Positions 1 to 9,412 of a stretch of DNA of 64,000 nucleotides are shown here, piece by piece. Position numbers and translations under genes: made by a program. Source of the stretch: Dehalococcoidales bacterium (GTDB lineage Bacteria; Chloroflexota; Dehalococcoidia; Dehalococcoidales; Fen-1064); contig DATKWT010000122.1 of NCBI GenBank assembly GCA_035529395.1, forward strand, positions 1,496 through 65,495, written 5' to 3'. Each line of letters starts with the position of its first letter. Within the stretch, counting starts at the first letter, position 1. The notes under the pieces were generated by a model, which was given only the letters and a program-made list of their open reading frames with translations, was not told where the DNA came from and ran no database searches.

Positions 1-7
1 GGCACCG

Positions 8-125
8 GCAGAATCTGGTTTCGGATTCTGCTAACGTCATTCTGCAAGAATGACACCCAGACACCCCTGCCATAAGGGGGCTTCGACCCCTCTCGGAAGA
101 GGGGTTTCGCCCCTTCTGAGGGGCG
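8..125. repeat. array of short GC-rich hairpins (REP-like) 3' of the SDR gene
   Basis: Inverted repeats read directly: gcagaatc/gattctgc (8-31), gtcattct/agaatgac (36-54), acccctct/agaggggt (86-105), cgcccct/aggggcg (108-125). Confidence 0.6.
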
Positions 126-157
126 CTCCCTCTGGACTCCCCTTTTTCATCACCCTG

Positions 158-982
158 CTAGACAAAGGACATGCCGCCATCGACGTTCATGGACTGACCG
201 GTGATGTTCTTTGCCTCCTCGGAGACGAAGAAGGCCACGGCATTGCCGATATCTTCTGCGGTCTGCTCCCGTCCCAGGGGAACTCCGGGTATCAGGGTTT
301 TCTCAAAGAACTCGCGGGGCGTCCAGTTCTCGGCTCCGGGGATATTCTTGGAGAGTTCAGTGCCGCCCCTCTCCCAGAGAGGAGTGTAGATTATGCCCGG
401 AAGGACGCAGTTGACGTTGATGTTGTCCCCGGCCAGGTCTCTGGACAGCATTCGGGAGTAGTGAACGATGCCCGCCTTCATGGTGGCATAGCAGACCAGA
501 GTCCCCGAAGGGCTGGTGGCACTCGCCGACGAAATATTGACGATTTTGCCGCTCTTTTGGGCGACCAGGTGAGGAATAACTGCGCGGCACATCAGAACGG
601 TGGTCTTCAAGTTGAGGTCATAGCAGCCGTCCCACTCGTCTTCACCCCGGTCTGCAATACGCAGGCCACGCTCTGACAGCGAGGACATTCCGGGGTAACC
701 ACCGGCATTGTTGACCAGGATATCTATCCTGCCGAAGAAATCCAGCACCTCCTTGACAGCCCTTTCCACCTGGTCGTTATCGGTGAGGTCAGCCTCCACT
801 GCCAGGGTTTTTCTACCCGTGGCTTTCACTTCGTCGGCTGCCTTTCGTGCGCCGTCCCTGTTGATATCGACGATTGCGATGTCGGCTCCGTCGCGGGCCA
901 GACAGTCAACAATACCCTTGCCCAGTCCCTGAGCGCCTCCGCTAACGATTGCTACCTTGTTATCCAGCGTGGTGAACTTCAT
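158..982 (-). CDS. SDR-family oxidoreductase (FabG-like)
   Basis: ORF 158..1084. The internal ATG at 982 is preceded by GGAGG. The protein then begins MKFTTLDNKVAIVSGGAQGLGKG (Rossmann TGxxxGxG type). NNAG and the catalytic YATMK (YxxxK) are present. Confidence 0.85.
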   Translation of the reverse strand: MKFTTLDNKVAIVSGGAQGLGKGIVDCLARDGADIAIVDINRDGARKAADEVKATGRKTLAVEADLTDNDQVERAVKEVLDFFGRIDILVNNAGGYPGMSSLSERGLRIADRGEDEWDGCYDLNLKTTVLMCRAVIPHLVAQKSGKIVNISSASATSPSGTLVCYATMKAGIVHYSRMLSRDLAGDNINVNCVLPGIIYTPLWERGGTELSKNIPGAENWTPREFFEKTLIPGVPLGREQTAEDIGNAVAFFVSEEAKNITGQSMNVDGGMSFV

Positions 983-1140
983 ATGGCCTCCTTCCTTCGT
1001 TCTTGACCTCTGTGCGGTATAGGTCTTCTGCCAGTATAGAGAGTATGCCAGTTTCCTGCAAGAAAAGAAAAGCGGCAGCCTCATTGAGGCTGCCGCCAGA
1101 GACGTACGGTATACCGATGAGTGGTCCGGACGTCGGTTGT

Positions 1141-2040
1141 CTACTCCTGGGGAAGGTAGGGATTCACCAGGCCGGATGCCAGTGAACCCGGCATAAACCG
1201 GAATAGGTCGTCAATCGTCCAGCCACCCTCCTTGAGTATGGACTTCTCGTAGACTGGCTCCGAATAGATGGCGACCAGTCCTGTCTGCACGTAGAAGGTA
1301 CGGCCGGTCACGCTGGCGGCATCATCAGAAGCCAGCCAGACCACGAGTGGCGCGATATCATCCGGCCTCAGGCTCTGCTCGAATCTCTCGATGGCCTCCT
1401 GAGACCAGGTCCTTCTCATCTCATCGCTGAGGGTGAGTCTCGTGCCGGCGTTGGGACGGATGGCATTGCATGTTACGCCATACCTGCCCATGTCCTGGGC
1501 TACCTTTCTCGTCAGGCCGACGATTCCTTCCTTGGCGGCACCATAGTTGGCCTGACCGAAGGTGCTGTTACCCAGTCCGGCCCCCGAAGACGTGTTTATT
1601 ATCCGGCCGCTTCTCTGCTGGCGGAAAACGACCGAGGCCGGCCTGATGGTGTTGAAGTGGCCGTAGAGGTGCACTTTGACAACGATGTCCCATTCCTCCG
1701 GGCTCATGTTGAAGAGCATCCGGTCACGGAGAATTCCGGCGTTGTTGACCAGGATATCCAGTTTGCCAAAGGTATCAATCGCAGTCCTGATGATGTTCTC
1801 GCCACCCTCGGTGGTTACCACTGAGTCGTGGTTGGCCGCCGCCTCTCCACCGGCTTTCTTGATTTCCGCCACGACCTCGTCGGCCGGTGAAGCTGAGGCA
1901 CCAGAGCCGTCAGGAGCACCACCGAGGTCATTGACTATAACCTTAGCGCCCTCCGACGCCAACGCCAGGGCTTCCCCTCTTCCAATACCTCTTCCAGCAC
2001 CAGTGACTACTGCTACTTTGTCTTTCAGTCTGTCTCCCAC
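1141..2040 (-). CDS. SDR-family oxidoreductase (MFE-2/hydroxyacyl-CoA dehydrogenase-like)
   Basis: VAVVTGAGRGIGRG, NNAG and YGAAK motifs. It is co-directional with, and 40 nt downstream of, the HdrD-like gene. Confidence 0.85.
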   Translation of the reverse strand: MGDRLKDKVAVVTGAGRGIGRGEALALASEGAKVIVNDLGGAPDGSGASASPADEVVAEIKKAGGEAAANHDSVVTTEGGENIIRTAIDTFGKLDILVNNAGILRDRMLFNMSPEEWDIVVKVHLYGHFNTIRPASVVFRQQRSGRIINTSSGAGLGNSTFGQANYGAAKEGIVGLTRKVAQDMGRYGVTCNAIRPNAGTRLTLSDEMRRTWSQEAIERFEQSLRPDDIAPLVVWLASDDAASVTGRTFYVQTGLVAIYSEPVYEKSILKEGGWTIDDLFRFMPGSLASGLVNPYLPQE

Positions 2041-2079
2041 TGTTGACCTCCTGAGCCGTCTGACATTGGAGAGGTTAGG

Positions 2080-3228
2080 CTAGAGTGCTTCCAGGACCAG
2101 TTCAGCGATGTCCTTACACTCGATGACTTCTTCCTTGTTCATGGTGACGATGCTATCTTTGAAGTTGGCGATACAATAAGGGCACACCGCAGCCAGGACA
2201 CTGGCACCGACATCTGCTGCCTGCTCCAGCCTGATATCGGAAAACCTTTCGCCTTTCTTGGTCTCCGCCCATATACGACCACCGCCACCCCCGCAGCACA
2301 GGCTATCCTCGTGGTGGTTGGCCATCTCTACCAGTTCCACGCCGGGGATGGCCTGCAGGACCTCCCTGGGCTCATCATAGATATCGTTATGCCGTCCCAG
2401 GTAGCAGGAGTCATGGTAGGTGATGGTCTTCTGAAGCTCCCTGGTAAACTCCAGCCTACCGTCTCTAATCAACTCGGCAAGAAACTGGACGAAGTGTACC
2501 ACCTCATACTTGCCGTCCAGTTCGGGGTACTCGTTCTTGAAGGTGTGGAAGCAGTGTGGCGAGGCGGTGATTATCCTGGTGACCCCGGCCTCATTGAACA
2601 GGCCGATGTTGCTCTGGGCCAGGCTCTGGAACAGGCTCTCGTTACCGGCCTTGCGGACACTCTCACCACAGCAGGACATCTCCGGGCCCAGTATGCCAAA
2701 GTCAACATTGGCCTTCTTCAGAATCTCCACAGTCGCTCGGGCTGCCGGCTGTAACTGCGGGTCGTAGGTATTGTAGCAGCACGGCACGTAGAGTATTTCC
2801 ATCCCCTTGGTGAAGGTCTTCACCCCGAGGTCTCTTGTCCAGTCGTTGCGCTTCTCCCGGTCTTCTCCCTGCGGATTGCCCACGCCGGAGATGTTCTTAG
2901 ACGTTATCCGCAGCGAGTCGGGAATACCACCGATACCGAGTTCGGTGATTGCCCTGCGGAAGGAGCGCCAGACGTCGATAATCTCCACGCCGCGGGGGCA
3001 CCGCTTGACACAAGCATTGCAGGTCACGCACAGCCACATGTCGTCGTCTTCGAAGTCGGGCAGACCCAACTGGGCCTGGTGCATTGCCTTGCGGACGGGG
3101 AAGCCTCTCACCAGGTTCCACGGGCAGGTACCGGTGCAGAGGCCGCACTGGTAGCACAGCTTGGCGATATCGCCGCCTTCTTCCTTGATGATGTCTACCG
3201 CTTCCTGGAACGGTGCTACTGCTTGCAT
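2080..3228 (-). CDS. HdrD-like Fe-S oxidoreductase (2x[4Fe-4S] ferredoxin domain plus two CCG domains)
   Basis: CYQCGLCTGTCP and CVTCNACVKRCP cluster motifs, followed by two CCG-type Cys motifs (MSCCGES, SLCCGGGGG). Confidence 0.8.
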   Translation of the reverse strand: MQAVAPFQEAVDIIKEEGGDIAKLCYQCGLCTGTCPWNLVRGFPVRKAMHQAQLGLPDFEDDDMWLCVTCNACVKRCPRGVEIIDVWRSFRRAITELGIGGIPDSLRITSKNISGVGNPQGEDREKRNDWTRDLGVKTFTKGMEILYVPCCYNTYDPQLQPAARATVEILKKANVDFGILGPEMSCCGESVRKAGNESLFQSLAQSNIGLFNEAGVTRIITASPHCFHTFKNEYPELDGKYEVVHFVQFLAELIRDGRLEFTRELQKTITYHDSCYLGRHNDIYDEPREVLQAIPGVELVEMANHHEDSLCCGGGGGRIWAETKKGERFSDIRLEQAADVGASVLAAVCPYCIANFKDSIVTMNKEEVIECKDIAELVLEAL

Positions 3229-3298
3229 CTTGGGTTCCCCCCTTGTCTATCAGTTTCACGGTCCTCGCTTGACGAATAACCGTGGCGGTATCAGGTTA

Positions 3299-4165
3299 TC
3301 AGATGAGGTTCTGCGCCTTCAGGACCGGTACCGGGTTCTGGATGTGGCACTTCCACCAACTCTTCATTTCCCCGGCACCGGCACCCAGGGCCAGCGCCAG
3401 CAGCTCACTGAAGTAAAAAGTGGGCACGCCGATAGTCTGTCGTAGTTCAAGGTTTGCCTGGCAGAGCGGGCAGGCGGTTACAATAGCTACTGCTCCGGCA
3501 TCAAGAGCTGCCTGGCAGATGTCATTGCAGAGTTTTACGACGATATCGGTTCGGGCCAGCAACAGGTTTCCGCCGCAGCATTCAACCTTGTGGGTCCAAT
3601 CCAGAGGCTCCGCGCCGATAGCAGTGAGCAGGTTGTCCATAATCATCGGGTTATTCGGGTCGTCTAACTGGGTAACCTCCGGAGGGCGTACCAGATAGCA
3701 CCCGTAATAAGCAGCCAGCTTCAGCCCCTTGAGCGGCTTTTTCACCCGGCGCTCGATTTCCTCCAGCCCTACTTCGCGGGCAAAAATATCAAGGACATGC
3801 CTCACCTCGGTTTCTGCCCGGTAGGGTGCGTCAATGACCTGCTCTATCCTCTGCCGGAGTGTATCATCGGCGCGAAGGTCATGATTGGTCTGTTTGAAAC
3901 GGAGGAAACAGGCAGCGCATGATACCGCGAGGTCATGGCCCTCTTTCTCGGCCAGGGCAAGGTTCCTCGCCGGCAGGGCCAGGGAAAGCTCGGGGTCGGT
4001 GCAGTGCCCGGAAGAGGCACCGCAGCAATTCCAGTCCTCAAGCTCCACCAGTTCCACGTCCAGTAGCCTGGCGGACGCCTGTACCGACTGGTTGTATTCC
4101 TTGGCCGTAGCCTCCAGCGAGCAACCCGGATAGTAGCAATACTTCGATGCTGTGGTATCAGCCAT
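3299..4165 (-). CDS. hdrB: heterodisulfide reductase subunit B-like (two CCG domains)
   Basis: YYPGCSL..., NCCGAS and ECCGGN motifs. It overlaps the hdrC stop by 8 nt. Confidence 0.8.
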   Translation of the reverse strand: MADTTASKYCYYPGCSLEATAKEYNQSVQASARLLDVELVELEDWNCCGASSGHCTDPELSLALPARNLALAEKEGHDLAVSCAACFLRFKQTNHDLRADDTLRQRIEQVIDAPYRAETEVRHVLDIFAREVGLEEIERRVKKPLKGLKLAAYYGCYLVRPPEVTQLDDPNNPMIMDNLLTAIGAEPLDWTHKVECCGGNLLLARTDIVVKLCNDICQAALDAGAVAIVTACPLCQANLELRQTIGVPTFYFSELLALALGAGAGEMKSWWKCHIQNPVPVLKAQNLI

Positions 4166-4745
4166 TCTTTTTCTCCGTCTGCTGGAAAATACGCTTGATG
4201 TTCGCCGTACCCTTTATCTTGGCGGGTAGTATTGCCAGCTTGCCCCTGGTGAACATATTGAGCCCCATCTTGATGTTACTGGGTAGCTCATTCAGCTTGA
4301 AGATATCGCGGCTGATGAGCATGTAGCGCAAGATGAGGAGCAATTCGTGCACCTTCCCATTGCTCTTGATAGTGCTGAGGAAGGTCCTGTGGAAAAGGGG
4401 CAGGCCGGTCTGCTGCGTGCGGCCTTCCCTGAGGGCAATGTGCCTCAGGGTATCCATTATCTGCACGATTTCAATGTCATTGGGGCACCTGGTAGCACAG
4501 GTCTCACAACTGGCACAGAGCCAGTAAGTCGTGCTGTCCAGCACCCGCTCCTTAAGCCCGAGTTGCACCATCCTCAGTAGCTGGTGTGGGGCGTAGTCAA
4601 ACGCATAGGCTACCGGACAACCGGAGCTACAGGCCTGGCACTGGTAGCACCGTTCCAGGTGCGCCATGCTGTTCCCCAGTACTTCGCGGGTGAAGGCCGG
4701 GTCAGCGCTTTCTGTGCCTTGCTGGCTGACAAGACGGACCGTCAT
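4158..4745 (-). CDS. hdrC: heterodisulfide reductase subunit C-like (2x[4Fe-4S])
   Basis: CYQCQACSSGCP and CASCETCATRCP. The preferred start is the ATG at 4745, which has an AGGAGA RBS and an ATGA overlap with the upstream stop. The longest ORF reaches 4760. Confidence 0.8.
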   Translation of the reverse strand: MTVRLVSQQGTESADPAFTREVLGNSMAHLERCYQCQACSSGCPVAYAFDYAPHQLLRMVQLGLKERVLDSTTYWLCASCETCATRCPNDIEIVQIMDTLRHIALREGRTQQTGLPLFHRTFLSTIKSNGKVHELLLILRYMLISRDIFKLNELPSNIKMGLNMFTRGKLAILPAKIKGTANIKRIFQQTEKKNG

Positions 4746-5872
4746 TTCTCTCCTATCCACTGAAGCTCATCTTCCCTGAAGGTGGTTAGCGGTAGCTCAT
4801 CCTCCAGGCTGCGTCCGGGGATGTAGTCAAAGAGCTTCTGTACGTTGCCGCCGGCTAGCTGGAATATCTTGAGCAGAGGGATACCGCTGGGGCAGGCCTC
4901 TTCGCAGGCCCCGCAGCCCACGCACGAGGCACCCATGTGGGTCATCCTGGTCAGGTGAAAGAGGAGGGTATCGACGGGCATCCTCACGGCCCCCTGTTTC
5001 TCGGCCACACCGAGGTACTTCTCTGCCTCAAGCTCAAAGGTGGGCGAATCGAAGAAACACTCGCGACAGTAGCAGACCGGGCAGACTGTCTGGCAATTGT
5101 GGCACAGGATGCAGGGTCCGAACACCTCGGCAAGTTTCTCGATACCGCCGACTTCTGCTTTTGTCTCCTCGAAGAACTTCTGGCGGATTCCCTTCATCTT
5201 CTCAAGGAGCTGAGTAACCGCTGCCTCCCGCTTTGTTGCTGCTTCGCCACCATCCTCGACGGTAAGCCCCAGGCCCTCAAGGAGTTCCTCTCCCTTCTCG
5301 CTGCTGGCAATCAGCACCAGCTTCTGCTTCAGGTCCACCCCCACCAGGCCGATGGTGAGGTCCGTCATCAGTGGGACGGGGTACTCGCAGACCCGGCAGC
5401 CGGCTCTCAGCCTGGGGTCGTCCTGTCCATTCCAGGCAGCCCCGGCGAATTCGTCCGAGGTCTTCTCCGCAACCAACTCAGGGTAATCACTCACGGAATA
5501 TGCTCCCGGGCAGTCGATTCCGATGAGATAGAGGTTGTCGAGCGATGCCTGTCGCAGTTTGACCAACTCGACCAGGGCACGCAGTTCACAGGGTTTCATC
5601 ACCACGGCCGTCTTCCGGTCGGCGGGTGTCAGTCGGGTGATTGACTGGATGATACGGGCCGCATTCACCGGCATCACCGGTGCGAGGACGTCTGCCCGGT
5701 CAAGGTAGTCAGGATTGGTTACCAGGGTCTGCACCACGTTATTTCCTGCCGGGTGAGTCAGAGGTACCAGGATTGCGTCGACCACTCCCTTGCTGAGCAG
5801 GTCCTTGAGCAGGGTGTTGATACTTGCCCGCAGTTGTCCGTCATTAACGGTCAGGGTCGTACTCTTCGCCAT
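4742..5872 (-). CDS. FrhB/FdhB-family flavoprotein with C-terminal 4Fe-4S motifs
   Basis: The N-terminal half resembles the coenzyme F420 hydrogenase/dehydrogenase beta family (VVMKPCELRALVELVK). The C-terminal half has CILCHNCQTVCP and CVGCGACEEACP. Confidence 0.65.
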   Translation of the reverse strand: MAKSTTLTVNDGQLRASINTLLKDLLSKGVVDAILVPLTHPAGNNVVQTLVTNPDYLDRADVLAPVMPVNAARIIQSITRLTPADRKTAVVMKPCELRALVELVKLRQASLDNLYLIGIDCPGAYSVSDYPELVAEKTSDEFAGAAWNGQDDPRLRAGCRVCEYPVPLMTDLTIGLVGVDLKQKLVLIASSEKGEELLEGLGLTVEDGGEAATKREAAVTQLLEKMKGIRQKFFEETKAEVGGIEKLAEVFGPCILCHNCQTVCPVCYCRECFFDSPTFELEAEKYLGVAEKQGAVRMPVDTLLFHLTRMTHMGASCVGCGACEEACPSGIPLLKIFQLAGGNVQKLFDYIPGRSLEDELPLTTFREDELQWIGEK

Positions 5873-5883
5873 TATCTTGCCTC

Positions 5884-6318
5884 CTAAAGAGCCCAGTCGG
5901 AGGCCAGGGGGTTGGGGCCTTTCTTCCTGGTCTCCTCAGTAATATCTCTTACGGCCTGAGCGAACTCCGGCCCCTCGCTGGCACTTATCCACCTTGTATA
6001 GATTCGGTCCGCATCCAGCCCCAGGGACTCGAAGATATTCTGCAGCATGGCCATTCTTCTTCTCGCTTTATAGTTGCCGGATACGTAGTGGCAGTCCCCG
6101 GGATGGCATCCACCCACCATAACGGAATCGGCACCGGAGAGTAGCGCCTTTATCAGGTACACCGGGTCGACCGTGCCGCTGCACATCACACGTATCGGGT
6201 GGAGATTGGCCGGGTATTGTGCCCTGGTTGTCCCTGCCAGGTCGGCGGCTGCACCGGTGCACCAGTTGCACAGAAAACCAATTATCTTCGGTTCGAATCC
6301 GCTATCGTCTTCAGCCAT
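5884..6318 (-). CDS. mvhD: MvhD/FlpD-type hydrogenase iron-sulfur subunit
   Basis: FLCNWCTGAAADLAG...VMCSGTVDP...GADSVMVGGCHPGDCHY is the characteristic MvhD pattern. Confidence 0.85.
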   Translation of the reverse strand: MAEDDSGFEPKIIGFLCNWCTGAAADLAGTTRAQYPANLHPIRVMCSGTVDPVYLIKALLSGADSVMVGGCHPGDCHYVSGNYKARRRMAMLQNIFESLGLDADRIYTRWISASEGPEFAQAVRDITEETRKKGPNPLASDWAL

Positions 6319-6367
6319 CTATCCAACTCCTTTGTTTCTTCACCCGCCTTGCCGGGACGGCAAGGCG

Positions 6368-9300
6368 CTACAGCACTGCTTCGAGCATGGAGAACATCTG
6401 CTTGTCCCGGAATCCTCTCAGCTTGGCGGCGCTATTCGGGCAATGCGCGACACACGCCCCGCAGCCCTGGCACAGGACTTCATCCACCACGGCTATCCTG
6501 TTGTCCTCGTCCATCCAACGGGCATTGAAGGGACAATCGTCAACACAAAGTCCGCAGCCGCTGCACCTTCTTGAGTCCACCATGGAGACAATTCTACCGG
6601 ATTCAATCTGCTGCCGGGACAGGATGTTGGCGGCTCTCTGTGCCGCTGCCTGGGCCTGGACGACCTCTTCATCGAGGTTCCTGGGAGCATTGGCCAGGCC
6701 ACAGATAAAGATACCGTCGATAACCGTGTCCACCGGCCGGAACTTGGTATCGACTTCCTTGAAGAATCCGTCTTCGGTCAGGTCAATGGAGAGTGTTTCT
6801 GCCAGTTGCCTGTTATCCGCAGCAACAATACCGGTGCTCAGCACCAGCAGGTCGGCATCGATTTCCAGTATACCGGGAAGCACCGGGTCATCAACCCGGA
6901 CGGTAAGGGTACCACCGTTCACGGATACATCCGGCTTGTTATCCGGCTCGTAGCGGATGAAGAGGACGCCGGCTTCTCGTGCCTTTGAGTAGTATTCCTC
7001 ACGGAATGCGTAGGTCATGATATCCCGGTTCAGGATAAAGACCTCTGTCTCCGGGTTCTGCTCTTTTATCTTGATGGCGTTGGCTATCGCTGTCGAGCAG
7101 CACGTCCGGCTGCAGTACGGGTGCTCTTCGTCCCGTGAACCGACACACTGTATCATGACCACGGCAGACGGTTTTTCCAGGGTGTCTTCGGCGAGTCGCT
7201 TCTGGAGCTCTTTCTGAGTGATTATGCGGTCATCCTGTCCGTAGCTGTACTCCGTAGGCTCGTAGTCCCTGGCACCGGTGGCAACAATCACCGCACCATG
7301 TCCTGTTTCTGTAATTGTGCCGTCAACTGCGCGTATCATGCTGTGGAAGTCACCGGCGCGGCCGGTTGTTTCAATAACCTCACTCTCCGGGTACAGGTGG
7401 ATTCTGGAGTTAGCGGCAACCTTCTCCCGAATACCACCGATAAAGGCCTGCGGGTCATCACTGCCCAGCGTATAGCGGATGTCGGTGGCGTGGCCTCCGG
7501 TTTCCGCGTTCTTCTCGACGAGGTGTACCTTGAATCCCTGCTCGGCGAGGTTGAGGGCGGAGACCAGTCCGGAAACTCCCCCGCCGATGACCAGTGCCTG
7601 GTGGTCGACCGGTCTCGTGGTAACGACGAGCGGTTCCTGGCTTCGCAGTTGGTCCACAGTCATGGCCAGGATGCGGCGGGCTTTCTCGGTGGCCTGCGGC
7701 TGGTTGTCGCGGTGTACCCAGGCAAGCTGCTCCCGGAAATTGACCAGTTGCCACAGCGAGGGGTCAATGCCAGCTTCCTGCATTGCTTTGCCGAACAGTC
7801 TCTGGTAGTGGTAGGGGGCACAGGCTGCCAGGATAACCCGGTTGACACCGGTGCCGGCCACTGCCTTCTTCACTTTTTCCAGGGTCTCCGGCAGGCAGAG
7901 GAAGTCAACTTCTTCAACATGTTTGACTGCGGGCAGACCTCGGGCGAATTCAGCAACCTGGGCGGTATCCACTACTGCCGTTATCTCCTCACCACACTGG
8001 CAGATGAAGACGGCTATTCCGGGCTCCTCCCCGCTGACTGCCGGTACTGCAGTGCCCGCGTCTTTGGCGACCGTTTCCCGTTCTACCGGTGAGAGGAGTG
8101 TGGCAGCCTCGCAGGCGGCGGCGCTGGCCTGGATAACCGAGTCCGAGATGTCGGCCGGTGCGCCTGCGGAACCGCAGACATAGATACCTTCCTTGCTTGT
8201 CCTGGTCTGCAACCAGTCCTGGGTCTGGATAAAGCCCCACTGGTTAGCATCTACTCCCAGCATCTCGCTTAGTTCTTCCATACGGGATGACGGGCACTGG
8301 GCGGCGGCGAGTATCACCAGGTCGAATTCGCTGCGGATGTCACTGCCATCCTCGGCTCGGGCCAGCAGGAGCAGGTCCTTCGTAGCCGGGTTCTCCCTCA
8401 TGGTGGAAACGCGGCACCGGATGAACTGAACTCCCAGTTCCTGTGCCTTGAGATGGTAGCGGTAGTAGTCCTTGCCGAAATCGCGCAGGTCCATGTAGTA
8501 GATGGTGACATCGGTCTCCGGGCTTTTTTCTTTAATCAGTATCGCCTCTTTCAGGGCGTACATGCAGCAGGCGGTGGAACAGTAATTCCGCTTCATATCC
8601 CGCGAGCCGACGCACTGAAGCAGGGCTACCTTCTTCGGTGCATCTCCGTTCGAGGGACGGAGGAGCCTGCCATCCGTCTTTCCGGTTGATGACAGCAGCC
8701 GTTCCGCCTGAAGGTTGGTCAGGACATTGGCGTAGCGGCCGAAACCATACTGGCTCATCTCGGCGGCGTCATACTCCTGAAAGCCCGCGGAGACGATGAT
8801 TGCTCCCACAGCCAGTTCCTGTGATTCGTCCTTAAGGTCGAGGTCAATCGCGTTTGTCGGGCATACTTCCAGGCATTTGCCACACCTGGTACATGCCTCG
8901 CGGTCGATGCAGTAGAAGTTGGGTATTGCCTGGGGGCTCTGGACGTATATCGCTTTCCGGCTCTGGAGGCCGTCATTGTATTCGTCGGGTACCTCAACCG
9001 GGCACACCTCAGCGCACAGTCCGCAGGCGGTACAACGCTCGGTCTTGACCCAGCGGGACAACGTCTTTACGGATATGCCGAAGTTGCCGGCTTCACCGGT
9101 TACCTTCTCCACTATGGTGTTGGGTAGCATTTCTATATTGGGGTGGGCGAGGTCACGGCGCAGGCAATATTGGGAGCATTCGTCGCGAGAGAATACGGGC
9201 AGCAGCTTGCACAGCTCACACTGGTTATCCGGGAACCACTTGTCCAGTTGGGGAACAGTGCCACCGATACCCGGGCTGGTATCGACAAGATAGGTCTGAA

Positions 9301-9385
9301 AGCCTGATTCAGCCAGGTCCAGGGCAGCTCTGATACCGCTTACTCCGGCACCGATGACTAAGACTGCACCAACCTTATCCTGCAT
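6368..9385 (-). CDS. tandem double HdrA-like flavoprotein (1005 aa)
   Basis: There are two FAD sites (VLVIGAGVSGIRAA; ALVIGGGVSGLVSA) and two CVGSRD...C...CC motifs. An internal MvhD-like/HdrA N-domain segment (VFICQCGEEI) and several CxxCxxCxxxCP motifs are also present. Confidence 0.8.
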   Translation of the reverse strand: MQDKVGAVLVIGAGVSGIRAALDLAESGFQTYLVDTSPGIGGTVPQLDKWFPDNQCELCKLLPVFSRDECSQYCLRRDLAHPNIEMLPNTIVEKVTGEAGNFGISVKTLSRWVKTERCTACGLCAEVCPVEVPDEYNDGLQSRKAIYVQSPQAIPNFYCIDREACTRCGKCLEVCPTNAIDLDLKDESQELAVGAIIVSAGFQEYDAAEMSQYGFGRYANVLTNLQAERLLSSTGKTDGRLLRPSNGDAPKKVALLQCVGSRDMKRNYCSTACCMYALKEAILIKEKSPETDVTIYYMDLRDFGKDYYRYHLKAQELGVQFIRCRVSTMRENPATKDLLLLARAEDGSDIRSEFDLVILAAAQCPSSRMEELSEMLGVDANQWGFIQTQDWLQTRTSKEGIYVCGSAGAPADISDSVIQASAAACEAATLLSPVERETVAKDAGTAVPAVSGEEPGIAVFICQCGEEITAVVDTAQVAEFARGLPAVKHVEEVDFLCLPETLEKVKKAVAGTGVNRVILAACAPYHYQRLFGKAMQEAGIDPSLWQLVNFREQLAWVHRDNQPQATEKARRILAMTVDQLRSQEPLVVTTRPVDHQALVIGGGVSGLVSALNLAEQGFKVHLVEKNAETGGHATDIRYTLGSDDPQAFIGGIREKVAANSRIHLYPESEVIETTGRAGDFHSMIRAVDGTITETGHGAVIVATGARDYEPTEYSYGQDDRIITQKELQKRLAEDTLEKPSAVVMIQCVGSRDEEHPYCSRTCCSTAIANAIKIKEQNPETEVFILNRDIMTYAFREEYYSKAREAGVLFIRYEPDNKPDVSVNGGTLTVRVDDPVLPGILEIDADLLVLSTGIVAADNRQLAETLSIDLTEDGFFKEVDTKFRPVDTVIDGIFICGLANAPRNLDEEVVQAQAAAQRAANILSRQQIESGRIVSMVDSRRCSGCGLCVDDCPFNARWMDEDNRIAVVDEVLCQGCGACVAHCPNSAAKLRGFRDKQMFSMLEAVL

Positions 9386-9412
9386 TCAAAGCTCCTATCC
9401 GGCTCAACTGGT

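Noticed and set aside
50-676. 208-aa plus-strand ORF at the start of the window
   Set aside because: It lies antisense to the SDR gene, whose translation carries clear Rossmann, NNAG and YxxxK motifs. Its composition is typical of a GC-rich shadow ORF.
6290-6300. ggttcgaatcc, the tRNA T-arm consensus
   Set aside because: It lies inside the mvhD coding sequence (encoding ...FEPKIIGF...). No acceptor or anticodon stems can be built around it.
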